Source of the DNA: Candidatus Latescibacterota bacterium
GTDB lineage: Bacteria > Latescibacterota > UBA2968
Length of the DNA stretch: 64,000 nucleotides
Reading direction: 5' to 3'
Assembly (NCBI GenBank): GCA_965204375.1
Contig: OZ241986.1
Span: forward strand, 1,856,001 to 1,920,000
The notes beneath the pieces were generated by a model. It did no database searches and was not told the DNA's origin. It was given only the letters and a program-made list of their open reading frames with translations. Numbering within the stretch: the stretch's first letter is position 1; every line of letters starts with the position of its first letter. This document shows positions 1 to 9,563 of this stretch, one piece after another. The position numbers and the translations under genes are program-made.

Positions 1-1
1 C

Positions 2-3000
2 AATGTGCCGCCGGGTTCTTATACCGTCAATGCGAGTATGGTCGGCTATCACAAAGCCACGCAAACCAATGTGCGGGTCTTTATCGACCTGACCACAACG
101 GTAAATTTCTCCGGTGAATTTGGTCTTGTTGAAGAGACCATTCAACTGGCAGAGATCACAGTGGTTGCCGAACTCCCGGTGGTACAACCCGATATTTCCG
201 CCAATGTCGCCAATATCTCCGCACAAGACGTCGAAAACCTGCCATTGATCAGCGTGAACGAAGTCGTGCGATTAGAGGCGGGTGTGCTGTCCACTGCTAA
301 TGGCGACTTGTCGATTCGAGGCGGCGATTTGAATGAGATCGCCTTCTCAGTCGATGGCCTGTCCATGCGAGATGGCCGCGAAAACGAACCGTATTCAACG
401 GTGAGTTATACCTCAATCAAAGAAATGAGCGTGCAGTCGGGCGGGTTCAACGCCGAATACGGCAACGTGCGTTCGGGCCTGGTCAATATCGTGACCAAAG
501 AAGGCGACAAGCAACGCTACAACAGCGATGTGTTGTTGCGGTACAGCGGCGCACAGCGCGATTATTTTGGCCCGCTACCCAATAGCCCAAACAGCTATTT
601 CTGGCGCCCATTCACCGATCCCGATGTAAAAAACGTGGGCAGCCATTCGCCCGAAAGCAAATGGGATGTGTACACGCGGCGGCAGTATCCGCAATGGGCC
701 GGGTGGAACACCATTGTGAGACGCTGGGCTGACGCCCCTGCCGATCCGTATCACGGTGTGGGCGTGAGAGACACTGGCGTAGATGAATCGACTTTGCCGA
801 CCAGTGAATTACAAGTAGATGATGCAGTCATCACAGAGTTGTTCGAATGGTATCGCCGCAAAGACCTGGAAGTTCGCAATGCGGATTTCGATATCGACCT
901 GGGTTTTGGGGGGCCTTTAATACCCGGAATGGGCAATCGCCTTGGCGGTCTGCGGTTCTTTGCTTCGGGCAAGCGCGAGCGCAGAGCGTATATGATGCCC
1001 CGCGTGATTGATGAATACGAAAACGACTGGGGCCGCGTGAAGGTCACGTCGGATATTCGCAGCAGCATGAAGTTAAGTGTCGAGGTTATGTCCGGCAAAG
1101 AATTTGGACTGACGCCAAACAGAAGCGGCTTCCCCGGTATGTTGCGAGGCAACCAGGAATTGGGGAGCAGGCTTAACAACGACGACCGAATTTGGAGCGA
1201 TCACGTCGATAACACCCTTCAGATCAAGCGCAACAATATTGGCCTCAGCTTTTCACACGTGCTGAGTCCCAGAACATTTTACGAGTTCCGCGTTCAGAGG
1301 ATGCAATCGGACTATTTGACCGAAAAGTATCCCGACCGCGATCTGAAGGCTGTTGAAAAGACCATTCCCCGCAATTCGGACTTCGCGCCTCCCAATCCGT
1401 CTTTGCAGGTTTCAGAGGTCACGCAAAATCATATCGGTTTGACTGGCGCGCCTCTGGGCGGCTGGTTTTTGAAGAACGAAATTTTTGTCGATGGCCTGGA
1501 ATTCGGTGGCCACTGGGCCGAAGGACGCGACGACTCTGAAGTGGTAGCCTATACAACGCGGTTTGACATCACGAGCCAGCGCAGCCAGGTCGCGCAGTTT
1601 AAGGCGGGTTTTGAATGGATTGCCAGCGATTACGATGTCAACCACGGAAGATATGAGCTATTTTTCAAGAACAACGCAGCTCCCAAATACGTATGGCAAC
1701 GCACTCCTCAGCAATTTGCTGCATACGTGCAGACCAAGCTCGAATTCAATGCCATGATCGCCAATCTCGGCGTGCGTCTGGATCACTGGAATGCGAGTGG
1801 CGAGTGGTGGGTGTACGAAGATTTTTCATCGGCATTTGGAGCCAAAATCGGCAAAGACAATCTCGAGGAAGCACTCGATCAGACGCCGGTCAAGAAGTTG
1901 ACGTATTTAAGCCCACGCTTGGGCATTTCGTTCCCGGTGACAGCAGACAGCAAATTGTTTTTCAACTATGGACATTTCCGCCAGATGCTCAACCCGCACA
2001 ATCTCTTCCTCGTGAACGAAGTCAACACCGGTGCGGTGTCGCAGATCGGCAATCCCAATCACCCCATGCCGCGCACGATCAATTACGAACTCGGCTTTGA
2101 GCAAAATTTGTTCGACCGGTATTTACTGCGCTTGAGCGGCTATTACAGAGCCAACGACGACCAGGCAATTGGCGTGCGCTATACCAATCTGGATCAAACC
2201 GTGGCCTACTCGCTTTTTGAGCCCCTCAACTACGACGATATCCGGGGCTTTGAAATGACAGTGCGAAAACGCAGGGGCAAGTGGTTTGGCGGATTCGTCA
2301 ACTATACGTATATGCAAACTAAGGGCGGCAACTTTGGTCGGCGCGAACTGTTTGAAAACCGCCAGACACAGGCCACTTTTGACGCGACCTCAACACGGCA
2401 CTATCAGAGCCGTCCCGTCAGCCGTCCCTTTGGTAGAATGGGACTGGAATTTTACACGCCGCGAGACTTCGGTCCCCAGGTCTCAGGGTTTTATCCCCTG
2501 AGCAATTGGGACATGTCTCTGGTGGGCAACTGGCGAGCCGGTCAGCACTTTAATTGGTACGGTCCAGAAGCTGGGGCTATCCCCGGTCTGACGAATAATG
2601 TTCAATTCACGAGTATTAGGAATCTAGATTTGCGCCTGACCAGGCAATTTGCGATGATGGGCGTCCGGGCAATGTTCTTTTTAGACGTCGATAATGTATT
2701 GAACCTCAAGCGTCTGAATAACGCATCTGATGGCCCTTCCGGCAGCGACCGAGACTGGGAATTCTACATGTCGTCCTTGCATTTACCAGAAGACACATTC
2801 GGCGAGTTTGAACCTACTTATGCGTTCATTCCCGGCAATGACTCGCCCGGCGCTTTCAGAGATTACGGCACGGAGTTTGTGCCCATTGAAATTGTCAATG
2901 CAGTCAGTGAACTGCCCGCCAATGGATTGCCCGGCGACGCGGAAATCACGGCTGGACTGCCTACGGGTCTGGAATCCGACCGCCGCGTGTTGTGGTATGT

Positions 3001-3172
3001 GCAGGAAACTGGGCAATATCACGAATATCAAAATGGAAACTGGGCGCAGGCCAATCAGGACTTTGTAAATGAAGTCCTGGACAACAAACTGTATATCGAC
3101 ATGCCCAATAACGACTTTATCTGGTTCTTGAACCCGCGCCGGGTGAACCTGGGCTTGCGGTTCTCGTTCTAA
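2..3172 (+). CDS. TonB-dependent outer-membrane receptor with N-terminal carboxypeptidase-regulatory-like domain (5' end outside window)
   Basis: Frame is open from the window edge (NVPPGSYTVNASMVGY). Plug-like segment SIRGG...VDG...SGGFNAEYGNVRSGLVNIVTK; barrel motifs LSPRLGISFPV, LFFNYGHF, NYELGFEQ; ends in aromatic residue (LGLRFSF). Confidence 0.9.
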   Translation, partial: NVPPGSYTVNASMVGYHKATQTNVRVFIDLTTTVNFSGEFGLVEETIQLAEITVVAELPVVQPDISANVANISAQDVENLPLISVNEVVRLEAGVLSTANGDLSIRGGDLNEIAFSVDGLSMRDGRENEPYSTVSYTSIKEMSVQSGGFNAEYGNVRSGLVNIVTKEGDKQRYNSDVLLRYSGAQRDYFGPLPNSPNSYFWRPFTDPDVKNVGSHSPESKWDVYTRRQYPQWAGWNTIVRRWADAPADPYHGVGVRDTGVDESTLPTSELQVDDAVITELFEWYRRKDLEVRNADFDIDLGFGGPLIPGMGNRLGGLRFFASGKRERRAYMMPRVIDEYENDWGRVKVTSDIRSSMKLSVEVMSGKEFGLTPNRSGFPGMLRGNQELGSRLNNDDRIWSDHVDNTLQIKRNNIGLSFSHVLSPRTFYEFRVQRMQSDYLTEKYPDRDLKAVEKTIPRNSDFAPPNPSLQVSEVTQNHIGLTGAPLGGWFLKNEIFVDGLEFGGHWAEGRDDSEVVAYTTRFDITSQRSQVAQFKAGFEWIASDYDVNHGRYELFFKNNAAPKYVWQRTPQQFAAYVQTKLEFNAMIANLGVRLDHWNASGEWWVYEDFSSAFGAKIGKDNLEEALDQTPVKKLTYLSPRLGISFPVTADSKLFFNYGHFRQMLNPHNLFLVNEVNTGAVSQIGNPNHPMPRTINYELGFEQNLFDRYLLRLSGYYRANDDQAIGVRYTNLDQTVAYSLFEPLNYDDIRGFEMTVRKRRGKWFGGFVNYTYMQTKGGNFGRRELFENRQTQATFDATSTRHYQSRPVSRPFGRMGLEFYTPRDFGPQVSGFYPLSNWDMSLVGNWRAGQHFNWYGPEAGAIPGLTNNVQFTSIRNLDLRLTRQFAMMGVRAMFFLDVDNVLNLKRLNNASDGPSGSDRDWEFYMSSLHLPEDTFGEFEPTYAFIPGNDSPGAFRDYGTEFVPIEIVNAVSELPANGLPGDAEITAGLPTGLESDRRVLWYVQETGQYHEYQNGNWAQANQDFVNEVLDNKLYIDMPNNDFIWFLNPRRVNLGLRFSF

Positions 3173-3209
3173 GAAGATTTTTGAATCGAGACTTATCAGG
3201 AGAACTATT

Positions 3210-5384
3210 ATGAACAGATTGTTAAAACCGCTGGTCGGAACAGCTTTTGCACTCGTGGCTCTGGTGTTCTGGAGCCAGCCAACCGAAGTGCAGGCGCAGG
3301 CAGAGTTGATGTGGCTGGATGTGGGCGATTATCACTATCGATACGCATCGACAGGCACAGAGCCTTCGATCACACAACCCCCGTTTCGGGCACGTGTGAA
3401 ATACTGGCCCGGTATTTATGCTCGGGAAGGTGGCACACATGTGCGCAGCCGTCATTATATCGGAGTAAGAGATTTTACCGATGAAAACGGACAAGTCTGG
3501 TCGTTCAAAGTCGCCCGTGCAGGACCTCGCGTTTTTGACCTGGGCGAACACTTTGCATTGCCCATGGAACTGATTGGCAAGTTTGAAAAGCCAGATGTAT
3601 TTGTCGATGGATTTCAGACATTCGTCAGACCCACAGTGCTCACGCGCGTTGATCCCTCTATTCCGTCAGATCGCATGATTGTTCGCGGAGCCAATACCAA
3701 TGTGGGTATCACATGGGAAGAGAAGATATACGCATTTTCCAATCCCTATCACGACGACTATCACATCAGGGAAATGACATGGACCAATACGGGCAATATC
3801 GATGACGATGAAGAGATCGAATTGCCCGACCAGACGTTGAAAGAAGCGATGTTCTCATTTGCAGCCAAAGAACACCTCTGGGGACCCCGCTCCGTTACAA
3901 GTGCTGGTGTCTCGGGTACGATGTGGGATTATGTGGGCGACGGCAAGGAAGATGTGGGCAAATGGGAAGGCATACGCGCCACGCTCGGCTGGATAGGCAA
4001 TGGTACACGCGTGTCCTTTCTAAACCGCATCGGCGGACCTATCTGGAGAGGTGGACGCGGAAATGCTAACTATCGGATTACAGAAGGCGATTCCATCGGT
4101 CGGCTCGGCGGTGCTTATATGCTGACCCGCGCGACCTTGCACGCAGATACAAGCCCAACGGATCGGAGCAATGATCAGGGCCAGCCCAGAACGACGGGTT
4201 TCACCCGCGGCGGCGATGCAATTACCAACCCGTCGTTTGGCGATGCCGAGCAGATGAAAGACACATACCATTTTATGCATCCGGACCTGACCTATGCCGA
4301 GTATGGCAACCCGGGTACCGATGGTCACTTTTTTCCGCACGAAGCCGACCGTTCAGCACCGCCGGATCCTGCCGGTCCTTTCGATTCGGAATCGTGGTAC
4401 GAACGCATGGCCGCTCAAATCGATATTGATCGCATGAGAAGTGGTGGTATGGTGCCAGCGTTTGCTTTTGGTCCCTACACCCTGGCTCCTGGCGAAAGTG
4501 TCAATATGGTCTGGATTGAAGGCATGTACGGGCTGGACCGGGCTGTGGCTGTTGCAGTGGGCAAGGCTTACAAAGAGTCGGGCTATGACGATACACTGCC
4601 CATTACCTATGAGGGCCAGACCCACACGAAAAATCGCTGGGTGCTGGGCACCCGGGATTCGATCTATCACATGATCCGCAGAGCGACGGCAAACTGGCAA
4701 TCGGGTTATAATATTCCGCATCCCCCACTACCGCCCAGAGTTTTCAATGTGCAATCCGGTTCTGATCAAATTGTGCTTTCGTGGGAGACCTTTGCCAATG
4801 CCAATCACACGGGTTTTGAGATCTGGCGTACGCGCAATTTTTATGAAGGCACTGTGGATGACCTGTGGGAATACCAATTGATCGCTACCCTGGGACCAGA
4901 GGCACGCGAATACGCAGACACGGACGTGGTGCGCGGCATCAGTTATTTCTACTATATCCAATCCGTAGGACAGGTGAACAGCGATGGAACGGGAATGACG
5001 CCCACCGGCATGGTGATGAAAAGCAGCCGGTATTATACGCAGACCTATGATCCCGCGTTTTTGAAGCGCCCGCCCGGCGGCGTAATGAGTGACGTGCGCG
5101 TTGTACCCAATCCTTATGTACTGGAAGCCGATCAGAATATTCGATTCCCAGACCAGCAGGACAAGCTGGCATTTTTCGAAATTCCCGGGGAATGCACCAT
5201 CCAGATTTTCAGCGAACTGGGAGAATCGATTTTCACCATTGAGCACACAGACGGCACAGGGGATGAATTTTGGAACCTGACCACAGAATCGAATCAGGTG
5301 ATTACGAGTGGCATTTATTTTGCCGTGATCACAGACACTCAGACCGGCGAAAAGATAATCAAAAAATTCGTCGTTATTCGTTAA
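3210..5384 (+). CDS. Secreted protein with FN3-like domain and C-terminal T9SS type-A-like/FlgD-Ig-like sorting domain
   Basis: AGGAG RBS; signal peptide (AQA); FN3-like IVLSWE...GFEIWR...YADTDVVRGISYFYYI; C-terminal VRVVPNPY...CTIQIFSELGE...WNL...SGIYFAVI...KKFVVIR. Confidence 0.75.
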   Translation: MNRLLKPLVGTAFALVALVFWSQPTEVQAQAELMWLDVGDYHYRYASTGTEPSITQPPFRARVKYWPGIYAREGGTHVRSRHYIGVRDFTDENGQVWSFKVARAGPRVFDLGEHFALPMELIGKFEKPDVFVDGFQTFVRPTVLTRVDPSIPSDRMIVRGANTNVGITWEEKIYAFSNPYHDDYHIREMTWTNTGNIDDDEEIELPDQTLKEAMFSFAAKEHLWGPRSVTSAGVSGTMWDYVGDGKEDVGKWEGIRATLGWIGNGTRVSFLNRIGGPIWRGGRGNANYRITEGDSIGRLGGAYMLTRATLHADTSPTDRSNDQGQPRTTGFTRGGDAITNPSFGDAEQMKDTYHFMHPDLTYAEYGNPGTDGHFFPHEADRSAPPDPAGPFDSESWYERMAAQIDIDRMRSGGMVPAFAFGPYTLAPGESVNMVWIEGMYGLDRAVAVAVGKAYKESGYDDTLPITYEGQTHTKNRWVLGTRDSIYHMIRRATANWQSGYNIPHPPLPPRVFNVQSGSDQIVLSWETFANANHTGFEIWRTRNFYEGTVDDLWEYQLIATLGPEAREYADTDVVRGISYFYYIQSVGQVNSDGTGMTPTGMVMKSSRYYTQTYDPAFLKRPPGGVMSDVRVVPNPYVLEADQNIRFPDQQDKLAFFEIPGECTIQIFSELGESIFTIEHTDGTGDEFWNLTTESNQVITSGIYFAVITDTQTGEKIIKKFVVIR

Positions 5385-5399
5385 GAATGGAGTATTTCA

Positions 5400-6455
5400 A
5401 TGACCAGAAAATTTCTTACACTTGTCGCGCTGAGTCTGATGTGTCTGACGCCGCTCTATGCACAAGACCCGGTGGATACGACAGATCCAGACGATCTTCC
5501 CGTGCCCGAACCGGGACAGGATCTTCCGCGCGAACGCCGCGCACAAGCGGGCTTTAAGTTTTTGAGCGTATCGCCCGATGCGCGTGCCGCCGCCATGGGC
5601 GATGCGTATTCCGCATTGCGAGTGGGGGCATCGGCGATGTTTTACAACCCCGCATCAATGGCGTATGCCACGCGCAAGTTTCAACTCGCCGCCGGGCAGG
5701 TCCAGTGGATCGCAGACGTGACCTACAATATGGGCAGCGTTGCATTGAATACGGATTGGGGCGTTTTCGGGTTGTCAATGGTTGCCGTCGATTACGGCGA
5801 TTTTGAACGCACCATTCGCGCGGACAACGAAAAGGGATTCCTCGACGTGGGCACGTATAGCCCCTCTGCCTGGGCAATCGGACTCGGTTATGCCCGCGCA
5901 ATTACCGACCGCTTTTCTGTGGGCGGCAATATACGCATCGCCAAGCAATCCTTCGGCAATGTTCCCGTGGGGCTTGAAGGCGCATCGCCTGTAAATAAAA
6001 CTTTTGACGAGCGTTCGACCATTGTCGATTTTGGCGTGCTATACTGGACGGGATATAAGAGCCTGACATTGGCGTTGAACACGCGAAACTTCTCTCAGGA
6101 AAACAAGTACAGCGAAGAGAGTTTTGAATTGCCGCTGACATTCCGCATGGGGTTGGCGATGGATTTGATCGATCTCACGGAGATGGATAAGGATACCCAT
6201 TCCATCATTCTATCGGTGGACACCGAGCGCCCACGCGACTTTTCCGAGCAAGTCAAAATCGGGGTGGATTATACGATTATGAAAACCCTGTCTTTGCGCG
6301 CCGGATATATAACGCCAACCGATGAACAGGGCATCTCTCTGGGCGTCGGCTTTGGCCGCGACCTGGGCAGCGTGGATCTGCGCGTAGATTATGCGTACAC
6401 CGATTTTGGCGTATTTGACAATGTCAACCGCTTGACGCTTCAGGCGGGCTTTTAG
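5400..6455 (+). CDS. PorV/PorQ-family outer-membrane beta-barrel protein
   Basis: Signal peptide; FKFLSVSPDARAAAMGDA...MFYNPA signature; amphipathic strands; ends DYAY...LTLQAGF. Confidence 0.85.
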   Translation: MTRKFLTLVALSLMCLTPLYAQDPVDTTDPDDLPVPEPGQDLPRERRAQAGFKFLSVSPDARAAAMGDAYSALRVGASAMFYNPASMAYATRKFQLAAGQVQWIADVTYNMGSVALNTDWGVFGLSMVAVDYGDFERTIRADNEKGFLDVGTYSPSAWAIGLGYARAITDRFSVGGNIRIAKQSFGNVPVGLEGASPVNKTFDERSTIVDFGVLYWTGYKSLTLALNTRNFSQENKYSEESFELPLTFRMGLAMDLIDLTEMDKDTHSIILSVDTERPRDFSEQVKIGVDYTIMKTLSLRAGYITPTDEQGISLGVGFGRDLGSVDLRVDYAYTDFGVFDNVNRLTLQAGF

Positions 6456-6475
6456 CCTCTATCCCCGCCATTTTG

Positions 6476-6511
6476 AAAAGGGAGCCTGTTTTTTGACCGG
6501 CTCCCTTTTTT
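6476..6511 (+). terminator. Rho-independent terminator after the PorV-family gene
   Basis: AAAAGGGAGCC / GGCTCCCTTTT inverted repeat with T6 tail. Confidence 0.8.
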
Positions 6512-6542
6512 ACGTGACGTCCACGGCTAACCGACTCCTACC

Positions 6543-8513
6543 ATGGCAGAATCCGCACAAAATATTCAAACATCAAGGCCGGTCGGCAGGAGTTTACGCA
6601 CGTATCGAACCGCTGTTGCGTCGGTCGCCATGATCCTGGTCAGTGTGCTGTGGAATGAATGGATGCCGTATTACACATCGGGATCCAATATCAGCCGCAG
6701 CCATTTTCCCGTAGCACTCTACTATCCCTTTTTAATTTTGTGTATATGCAACTTGCTGGCAAATCATCGGCGATCAACCTGGGCGTTGACGCGGTCGGAA
6801 TTGCTGGTGGTCATGGCTTCTGGGCTGGTCGGCATCTCGGTGTCTTACGACGGGATCAGCGGGCATCTGATCGGCGTGGTAGCCGCGCCTTATTATTTTG
6901 CCTCAACGGAAAACGGCTGGACCACGTACTTGCTCGAACACATCCCGAACTGGCTGGCGCCGACCAATGCGGGCGGAGAGATGACGCGGTTTTACGAGGG
7001 TGGAAAGGGAACATTCCCCTGGCGTGTATGGGTCACACCGATATTCTGGTGGACGTGTTTTTTGGGCGCAATGGGATTCGCGGTATTCAGCGTCGTGGTG
7101 ATTTTGCGAAAGCAATGGGTGGATTACGAGCGGTTGGCATATCCGCTTGTCGAGGTGGGCAGCCTGCTGACCGAGACCGAGCCTGGCGGCACGCTGGAAA
7201 AAATGCTCCGATCCCCATTGTTCTGGATCGCATTTGGCCTTGTGATGGCGTTAAAATTGTGGAATATCGGATCTTATTTTTCGCCGGCATTCCCGCATAT
7301 CTCTATTGAAGGAATGAACTGGCGGGCTTTTCCCGATTTTCCAGCATTGCCCTTTCGCCTCAGTTTTTACGCCATAGGTTTTGGCTATTTTGCGCGGTTG
7401 GATGTGTTGTTCAGCGTGTGGTTTTTTATCGTCTTGACGGCATTTCAGATCTATGCCTCGAATATTTTTGGATATCCCCTCGGTTCATCCAGTCTGCACT
7501 GGGAAAATGAGTTATTAAACTGGCAGAGCATGGGCGCACTCATTTTTCTCGCGGTGTGGGGCTTGTGGATGGCGCGCGCACATCTGAAAGCCGTGTGGCG
7601 CAAAGCGTGGGATCCGAGTTGTGAAATAGATGACCGCGGGGAGTTATTATCATATCGCACGGCTGTATTTGGCCTCGTGCTCTCACTCGTATTTGCAACG
7701 TGCTGGCTGGTCGCAACCGGCATGGCATTATGGGTTGCGATAGTATTTCTGATTCTGGCGATGTTGTTATTTTTGGGCCTGGCACGCGCTGTGTCCGAAC
7801 TGGGCCTGGTCTATGCCTATTATCGGTTGGAGCCAAATGACGCGGTCGTGCAGGCATTTGGCTCGGCATCCATCATGGGGGTTTCGAGCATCACCGCACT
7901 GGCATTTATGCGGGTATTCAATTTTTTTCCCGACATCGGCAAAGGCTTTTTGATGCCGTCGTTTTCGCAAGCGGTGAAAGCAGTGGATAAGACCGTAGCC
8001 CCCCGGCGGATCACAGGCGTGATCTGGGCGTCGCTCGCCGTGGGCTTTGTGATTTCGATTGTCAACACGCTCTACTTGAGTTATGAATACGGGGCTTATA
8101 ATCTGGGAAATATGGGCCTCAAAAACGTCGGCCCGCGGGCATTTGATTTTGCGATAAACGCCATCCGCAATCCCCTGGGACTCGGAGGTGATGGCCGCGT
8201 GATGTGGGCGGGAGTTGGTGCTGGTACAATGGCGATTTTGACCGTCATTCGCTACTGGATACCCGCCTGGCCCCTGCATCCAATTGGTCTGGCCATGCAA
8301 GGGAATTACGGCGTGAGTAAAACCGTATTCTCGGTATTTATTGTGTGGTCAATCAAAGTTGTCGTGATGAAGATGGGCGGTGTGCAGCTATACGAAAAAG
8401 GGAAACCGTTTTTCATCGGCCTGCTGGCAGCACAAGCGTTCAGCACGGGATTGGTATTTGTCATAGATTGCATCTGGTTCCCCCTGCAGGGACACAATGT
8501 ACACAATTTCTAA
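6543..8513 (+). CDS. Polytopic membrane protein, DUF6785/DUF6784-type (putative transporter), copy 1
   Basis: 656 aa with many hydrophobic segments; motifs LRKQWVDYERLAYPL and WPLHPIG recalled as typical of this family. Confidence 0.7.
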   Translation: MAESAQNIQTSRPVGRSLRTYRTAVASVAMILVSVLWNEWMPYYTSGSNISRSHFPVALYYPFLILCICNLLANHRRSTWALTRSELLVVMASGLVGISVSYDGISGHLIGVVAAPYYFASTENGWTTYLLEHIPNWLAPTNAGGEMTRFYEGGKGTFPWRVWVTPIFWWTCFLGAMGFAVFSVVVILRKQWVDYERLAYPLVEVGSLLTETEPGGTLEKMLRSPLFWIAFGLVMALKLWNIGSYFSPAFPHISIEGMNWRAFPDFPALPFRLSFYAIGFGYFARLDVLFSVWFFIVLTAFQIYASNIFGYPLGSSSLHWENELLNWQSMGALIFLAVWGLWMARAHLKAVWRKAWDPSCEIDDRGELLSYRTAVFGLVLSLVFATCWLVATGMALWVAIVFLILAMLLFLGLARAVSELGLVYAYYRLEPNDAVVQAFGSASIMGVSSITALAFMRVFNFFPDIGKGFLMPSFSQAVKAVDKTVAPRRITGVIWASLAVGFVISIVNTLYLSYEYGAYNLGNMGLKNVGPRAFDFAINAIRNPLGLGGDGRVMWAGVGAGTMAILTVIRYWIPAWPLHPIGLAMQGNYGVSKTVFSVFIVWSIKVVVMKMGGVQLYEKGKPFFIGLLAAQAFSTGLVFVIDCIWFPLQGHNVHNF

Positions 8514-8519
8514 AGCGCA

Positions 8520-9545
8520 ATGATTACCCGAAGAACATTTATACAACAGAGTCTCGCAACTGCGGGTGCGCTGGCAATTGCCCCATCTGCTTTCGCGTCA
8601 AAACCACAGGTGATGACAGTAACCGGACCAATAGCCCTCGAGCAGATGGGGTTCACCCTCTCCCACGAACACATCATGTCCATTTTTGGTGGACAACCGG
8701 CCAAAGTGGCGCAATACGACGAAAAAAAATTATTCGTCAGGGTTATCCCCTATCTCAAAATGCTAAAAGTATTTGGCGTGCAAACGATTTGTGAATGCAC
8801 GGGGGCTTATTTTGGACGGCGCGTGGATTTGCTCCGGCGCATCTCACGAGAAACCGGGATGCAAATACTGACCAATACCGGGTATTTTGGCGCAGCGCAC
8901 GATCGCTATGTGCCAGCGCACGCCTTTGAAGAAACGGCAGATCAAATTGCCCAACGCTGGATTGATGAGTGGGAAAACGGGATTGACGGGACAGATATTC
9001 GCCCGGGATTTATCAAAATTGGCGTTGACCCCGGCATGCCCTCTGACATAGACAAAAAACTCATTTTGGCGGCGGGCAAAACCCATCTCAAAACGGGTCT
9101 GACAATTGTCTCGCACACAAGTGGAAGCACAGATGCGGCTGTCGAGCAGGTTGCGATGCTCGAACAAATGGGTGTACCCCCAGAAGCCTGGGTCTGGGCA
9201 CACGCACAACGCGTCAAGGATCTCGCCGACCTGACCCCCATAGCGCAGGCAGGTGCGTGGATCGGACTGGATAGTATTCGCGACGAAACCCTCAATCAAC
9301 ATCTCGATGTGCTGCGCCACATGAGAAGATTTGGCGTGTTGCCCCGGGTTTTGCTTTCTCACGATGGCAATTCATTTGGATATGGCGACCGTCCCTTTAA
9401 GCCTTATAATGCCATTTTTGACCAATTTATCCCACTAATGCGAAAAGCGAACTTTACCGATGAAGACATTCATCAGATCACAGTAAAAAATCCACAAGAA
9501 GCATTTGCCATTCGGATTCGCGAAGTACAGCAATCTGACTACTGA
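8520..9545 (+). CDS. Phosphotriesterase-family metallohydrolase/lactonase, Tat-exported
   Basis: TRRTFI twin-arginine signal; VMTVTGPI start; metal ligands HEH, K (GFIKIG), H (VSHT), H (WAHA), D (LSHDG). Confidence 0.9.
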   Translation: MITRRTFIQQSLATAGALAIAPSAFASKPQVMTVTGPIALEQMGFTLSHEHIMSIFGGQPAKVAQYDEKKLFVRVIPYLKMLKVFGVQTICECTGAYFGRRVDLLRRISRETGMQILTNTGYFGAAHDRYVPAHAFEETADQIAQRWIDEWENGIDGTDIRPGFIKIGVDPGMPSDIDKKLILAAGKTHLKTGLTIVSHTSGSTDAAVEQVAMLEQMGVPPEAWVWAHAQRVKDLADLTPIAQAGAWIGLDSIRDETLNQHLDVLRHMRRFGVLPRVLLSHDGNSFGYGDRPFKPYNAIFDQFIPLMRKANFTDEDIHQITVKNPQEAFAIRIREVQQSDY

Positions 9546-9563
9546 TAACAACCGGAGATAATC

